Source of the DNA: a virus
Length of the DNA stretch: 64,000 bases
Strand: one strand, 5' to 3'
Virus record (IMG/VR): IMGVR_UViG_3300035670_000022
Span: 91,914-155,913 of that record
Shown: positions 62,401 through 64,000 of the stretch, one piece after another
Layout: the number at the start of each line of letters is the position of its first letter
Position numbering within the stretch: position 1 is the first letter of the stretch
Position numbers and translations under genes: made by a program
The notes under the pieces: model-generated
The model's input: the letters and a program-made list of their open reading frames with translations, nothing else
Database searches by the model: none
What the model was told of the DNA's origin: nothing

Positions 62401-64000
62401 TAGAAGAATCTTCTATCCTCTCTAGCCTCCCCGGCGGACCAACTACTCCTCGTCCTGGTCCTTCTACAGCTGCCGGCGTTTGGAGAGATAGATTCACAGC
62501 CACTCTGGATGAAATTAGAGATGTTGGCTTTAAGGACTTCTTCAAATATCACTACGGTGGGCAGATTAAGCGAGCAAAAGACTATATAGCTCCTAGAATT
62601 AAGCCTATTCAAACTGCATTATCTAAGGTGACTGACAAGGCTAAGAAGGTTGTTACTGCAGATAATGTCACATTCCTTCTGAACTCAGCCTTTGTTTATC
62701 AGGGATATCAACAGTTAACGAGTCTTGACCCTGCTAGAAATACAGATTTGGAATATGAGACGGCTACTAAGTCTGTCGTTAATCAAAATATAGCGTTGGG
62801 GGTTTCTGCAGTTCTATCTCGCTACGGGTTTGGGAAAGTTCTTGGGGCTACTACTGCGCTGCAAAACTCTGTAGGTGATGGCATCGGCGACTTTTTGACT
62901 GACTATATTACAGGGGGCGATCGAGAAGAAAACAGACAACGGACACGCATGGTAGCCGGTGGAATGTTGGCGATCGGAGGCGGGCTTACTCTACTACAGG
63001 GTTTAGACACAGGAACCGACTTCTTCTCTAGACATGTTGGTCCTAGACTTGCAACCAGAACGAACTGGAAACCTCGTGCCCAGTTTGGTATCAAACTACC
63101 TCCACCAGTTACTTGGACTGGAGAGGGTGCTCGGTTTAACAACTATGGACATGTCGCTTCTAACGTCTTAACTGCTATCGGTAGCATCGGGCATACCGGA
63201 GCTGTTCTTAGTAGAAGCGGGGAAGTAGATAGTGTCATGTCTGGTCAGCGTGCCATTGAACAAGCTCAAAGGGATCAATTCATACAGACCGGTTCTGCTT
63301 TGATGATGATTCCTAGTCCCGCCGGTTTAATAATAGGTGCTGGATACACAGCAATGGGAGTCTTTGGCTTAGATACTAATTTCTCTGCTAGAGCCAATAT
63401 AACCAGACGGTTATCTAGAATGAACCGTCTAACGACATCGAATATGAAGGGTGTCTTAGACGCTGGGGCTAGAGGTCATGCAGTTGGGAAAACAGCTGGT
63501 ATCGTCGGCGGACTTATTGCAGCCAGCCGATATGTAGCTTCTAGCCCAGCGCCTGTTCTAGCCAAAATTGGATTCATTGCTACCTCTGCGTTACTGGCAG
63601 GAGCCATTGGGGGTAACACTGGAGAGTCTCTTGGTTGGGAAGCCTACTTGGGAGAAAAAGGAGATCAAGAAGGTACAGGATGGATGCCTTTAGTTAAAGG
63701 CATATTAGAGCTAGGAGCTGGAGCGCTGCTACAAAAACTTGCTTGGGATGCGACTCGACGCAGAGGTACTCCTCCAGTTACTCCACCTCGCCCTACCTAT
63801 CCGGCACTTCCCGGTTCAGGTCCCTTTCCAATGCTGCCTCCTGCTGGTGGCACAGGTCCAGGAGCGGGGCCTGCACCTTATGCTCCGGGTCCTACACCTA
63901 CCCCTGGTCCTACACCTACCCCCGGACCCACACCATCTGCTCCCCCTAGTCCTTCAAGTACACCTAGACAAGGTCCTTGGACACGGTTTTGGAATTGGGC
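53424..64000 (+). CDS. Second giant protein (>=3525 aa, truncated by the window end): degenerate PLD-like N-terminus and many Gly/Ala-rich hydrophobic helices; tape-measure / ejection-type protein
   Basis: ATG at 53424 (TAATG overlap). The frame reads MAFERDYTRNL... and is still open at 64000 (...PRQGPWTRFWNW). No track ORF ends in this frame, which implies no stop. Motifs LHTKLLVGVD (53745-53774) and LHQNLFLFED (54249-54278). Confidence 0.8.
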   Translation, partial: MAFERDYTRNLSEGGSVRVGRSNYEATKRFTETLRPGSLSAAEYWLPSDYEEHRGRSEYELYEKVGGRLTFNTAANHEWREQYKRAMESERLESQPYLAEESGQVSMLHTKLLVGVDNRTGEKVVRLDTAEKSRSQNYAADRKDLFIETSHQGVVREAEEVLSQIHSGQTTQYKGKYVRTGLHILEGVNEDAKSAKGAFVVSADINPRQTFIGDESARNADLVGELMDTIVKRSDSDKDFTAAVVSTSGTFSKNKALTGLLARKGIPVSTSASSSLHQNLFLFEDVDEEGTDVVWLTTKRLTGSSPEEVALRITSKEDAELFNYMKNNFFKETQPSINLNVYDIGAFSGLYSPKFSSDDTRRQGAVFLPTRLHDSYFSKYKGAPAPTPYQDYYYSLTGNVPKGASRFWLREMDKQLSPSVGELRGLGILVNRYIDDGLFEEGQGPISTAFRGFGRILDTLTGHYAMKQIYDAQRGKTLKDDVRGLHKQQYAGDPERGFFENLASTTSQMITETASALVFYFGVSHSISMAKSSLETTGLMGILEYANETGGQTFDKDIRGQLYQLLFSQDHVQLFTDVRNFSPTGSFAEDITQFMREIHDYADPGSSASAIPTRQGVSDLNLQMGERLKQHLQANPSVSTSQAMLDLFGYDEAAGTLTFDKRLINEHFGVRGSLRFLSSFRQMDQSNIMNAVLPILQHMVVVGSDPAEQSRYLRSIDELVTLSGQVPTLQFKDNGVLSDTTFVHYGKERMINIARALDKIAEFVPRNPLQHLPGIRAMTGLKELRVKDENGNILDDYSLKGLMNPGFEGLIRKSDSVVRSVQNMYSRGGYKTYKDIRQLFALETEIGRREKLLTQQLLADPHDFKSIGTHVNQLDDLVQEQKGIRAMYRTGLLDALPGNTATDHIRGSLGVLASVFLFDKFLGSTVMDNQGIDLVSQLVYGLGINKDSQYVSDDKATQDWMRATPISQIEYTGTMPYWVKYPTIITSAYAGGHLFYDVVGQSMPGFKSDEARNNVVSFLRNASTSTDVNNPNRFSGSIIVPPSSRNITPNTSVTALATVDDAAKQAHSIFDKALNYVSKPRSSVRFSWFGASVGAVAGLFAMQTTFNAVAAAANLFSHHQSGLKADDNVVASTVITRGIRNYIEKQRIVNGVTQAREAGDNGGLKQAIDKFMASKGDQTPSEGNLNIDEILATVSQRDIARLSTVSYIAESLLRSKDQGGKKVTTFAHQIPNPIFQLAFVSKVDERGNTYSFGAGFQFLPILGTGSIPPFPLALKLRPTQSNREKYAEYALYMGAKNANNDVTKQYYQEKLINDFRARAFSTQMAGGLFTFERDSQFLQALTFAGTSTVLGDMYNRMRQGRAKVDPKTLRGDARNLYKLRVMAESTAQTVEQVVRLSQAPMMSMPNIMLKELARFTGTDDMLRAAGPYARKAAPLLLPLLFAHAATSQGGTYDSLGSGYEAAALAEGRGEAEGGWKQSQWYRIGTTLGLTGYYGFAMQSGDVFSNVSSYYDAKPDGLLGGGLGKTKQRLYSIYQDTAISRFQSFLGQQKTGGVNDALIELVNNLSVADVAQQSASKSAGQTSTSKMREWLGMLSKPIDKVSDDELRSFVLKARAGATTGTTSGAVSVADDYLQELRSSLKATQNLAEPSVFLTSPLRFRMIGRQFVKTTAALGVAGITLAAFTNFLDENRGDNSFLKGLAFGALKLVSGASSMDEENDETLQAYRRALDIKPFTRGVDSSNYLSRVTSFLSGGLFSLTDFLGLTATYKDNPGAFINIFGPVGASQGSNGWRSYVQAQGLAYDFSGSQYTMNQNMMSADFAKSVAAVLQVNSQDPIQSYRAFRGATPRKSAMRVKGSTSRAEQQALAGTSAELARAAEVQAYRAKGLTWQRGRELALDMFEDAMYSGRLESRLGSVSVNTKYKEWTPFDINAVFVHMASPLNLEKGRSFTDRLTKNIKLVGSYLSGGYIKGEHEDPTGLMYNYRRQSAVANPLQSIYGDMFATAADVFDSKEQSGYRQVTSLTGIALFAQATLLLGASAASLSFGLGTAMAALAAFNEGGVIGERLDTIEDRADSIRRRTMQFVKLDDGTGRVVYANRASTKTGAYITNIPNNISNVQVQDYNRALDSINKELAGLVSSNKTSSGTMSRSINHHISLQGVDSTDRAKNIAGDLRAQIKSAYTRQLPSGQTLLDAFGVDEATFDTFLDSRLQSFEVSLLSQLNEFEGDLTPRRALGFVEQAAGVILDVQEGLNSIIGAPDLSINPPAQRKIASKPSWSRLRREERISTRIFAKDLSRRQGEGVFAAREVGQMVEDSGWLGTIRGAAMGALKLGGKALELSQVWYSPFAALTASSVGDPMDRRRASYASAGLLMDSALALGAFGVFGSLSVPLVAGTAAVGLGAYLIDDTFFKGAGFKAIASGFKNLNKPYKRVERALGESIYNITDTPGIKQGLQLLGMPFRQLDPFFTSIHNKAAGTPWAMLTSLFVPHTTESWIEKNAFDNANRRRTAFGDETFERSNYEISEYWRQKNVRRRLRAMDPFETIDSELVHPFLVGRLSSDIDRMTYDRFFDTKGYAERVLAPFGPKPYMSSLLQLAAKRRNQLGDYYIHADYARRRQMRSDFEVLPMLTMGATTLPRANYSFTGSWTGHTHPSFGATIRSLNTLFDAYENTTNRFWAFFKDLGDFAADSVSKLPGINRLSSRFQSTSPALRSGLKQVGIAGAITGIGLLARKLLDKDKRREPDALDAFIVAAPAVAVPTVTAAKSSYDALDDATKLKITNRYNQVAERVSKYTKPVAKYGVMTALSYFLTKPAVNYLWSAFGLDKDKETQEATAPFKTAAEVVATGSGTLIQHHLLKAREFHSGANQVTNVPFAYRLPRIAGRSAVGGMWGALKGYAAFSVVAAGADIVASAFGVDTDSEAYQRKRKGASDLFVSTFATIDFLQFGARINLTNQFTGNAVNLPTSLRKFTQDLLYPLRTATNFIGNALEFVGNLEESSILSSLPGGPTTPRPGPSTAAGVWRDRFTATLDEIRDVGFKDFFKYHYGGQIKRAKDYIAPRIKPIQTALSKVTDKAKKVVTADNVTFLLNSAFVYQGYQQLTSLDPARNTDLEYETATKSVVNQNIALGVSAVLSRYGFGKVLGATTALQNSVGDGIGDFLTDYITGGDREENRQRTRMVAGGMLAIGGGLTLLQGLDTGTDFFSRHVGPRLATRTNWKPRAQFGIKLPPPVTWTGEGARFNNYGHVASNVLTAIGSIGHTGAVLSRSGEVDSVMSGQRAIEQAQRDQFIQTGSALMMIPSPAGLIIGAGYTAMGVFGLDTNFSARANITRRLSRMNRLTTSNMKGVLDAGARGHAVGKTAGIVGGLIAASRYVASSPAPVLAKIGFIATSALLAGAIGGNTGESLGWEAYLGEKGDQEGTGWMPLVKGILELGAGALLQKLAWDATRRRGTPPVTPPRPTYPALPGSGPFPMLPPAGGTGPGAGPAPYAPGPTPTPGPTPTPGPTPSAPPSPSSTPRQGPWTRFWNW

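Noticed and set aside
53918-63949. Apparent 10-kb gene-poor region of short ORFs in the track
   Set aside because: Artefact: one continuous plus-strand ORF from 53424 runs off the window, and the listed ORFs are its shadows.
1-64000. tRNA/rRNA genes, integrase, transposase
   Set aside because: None recognised by eye. Intergenic gaps are short, but tRNAscan/Infernal were not run, so small RNAs (e.g. in 28940-29110) cannot be excluded.

Overview
A 64-kb segment of a large contractile-tailed (myovirus-type) dsDNA phage genome. The host is probably a cyanobacterium: from memory the major capsid protein resembles that of Ma-LMM01-like Microcystis phages, and this needs a BLAST check. The window holds the virion morphogenesis module: portal, Mu-type prohead protease/scaffold, major capsid, second head protein, sheath, tube, hub, split spike, PAAR, gp25-like, baseplate J, gp48-like wedge and a terminase large subunit with a mini-intein. 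Accessory genes include a protein kinase, an AP2-domain protein, Dps, an RHH regulator, dUTPase and a SWIM protein. The main finding is a 3989-aa minus-strand protein (7717-19686). It carries, in beta-then-beta' order, the motifs of a single-chain two-barrel RNA polymerase (catalytic GDYDGD), behind a tandem pair of phospholipase-D (HKD)-type motifs. It lies between a G/GT-type -1 frameshift chaperone gene and a tube-initiator-like gene, i.e. in the tape-measure neighbourhood. A second giant ORF missing from the ORF track (53424 to beyond the window end, at least 3525 codons) also begins with two degenerate PLD-like motifs and is rich in membrane-type helices. Together they suggest a virion-delivered 'PLD-RNAP plus PLD-channel' ejection/transcription system. 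Other features are a CCAA/GACCAGT repeat array with a perfect palindrome (candidate origin or control region), shared upstream motifs that may be phage promoters, and several internal repeats. All family calls come from motifs read by eye; no searches were run.
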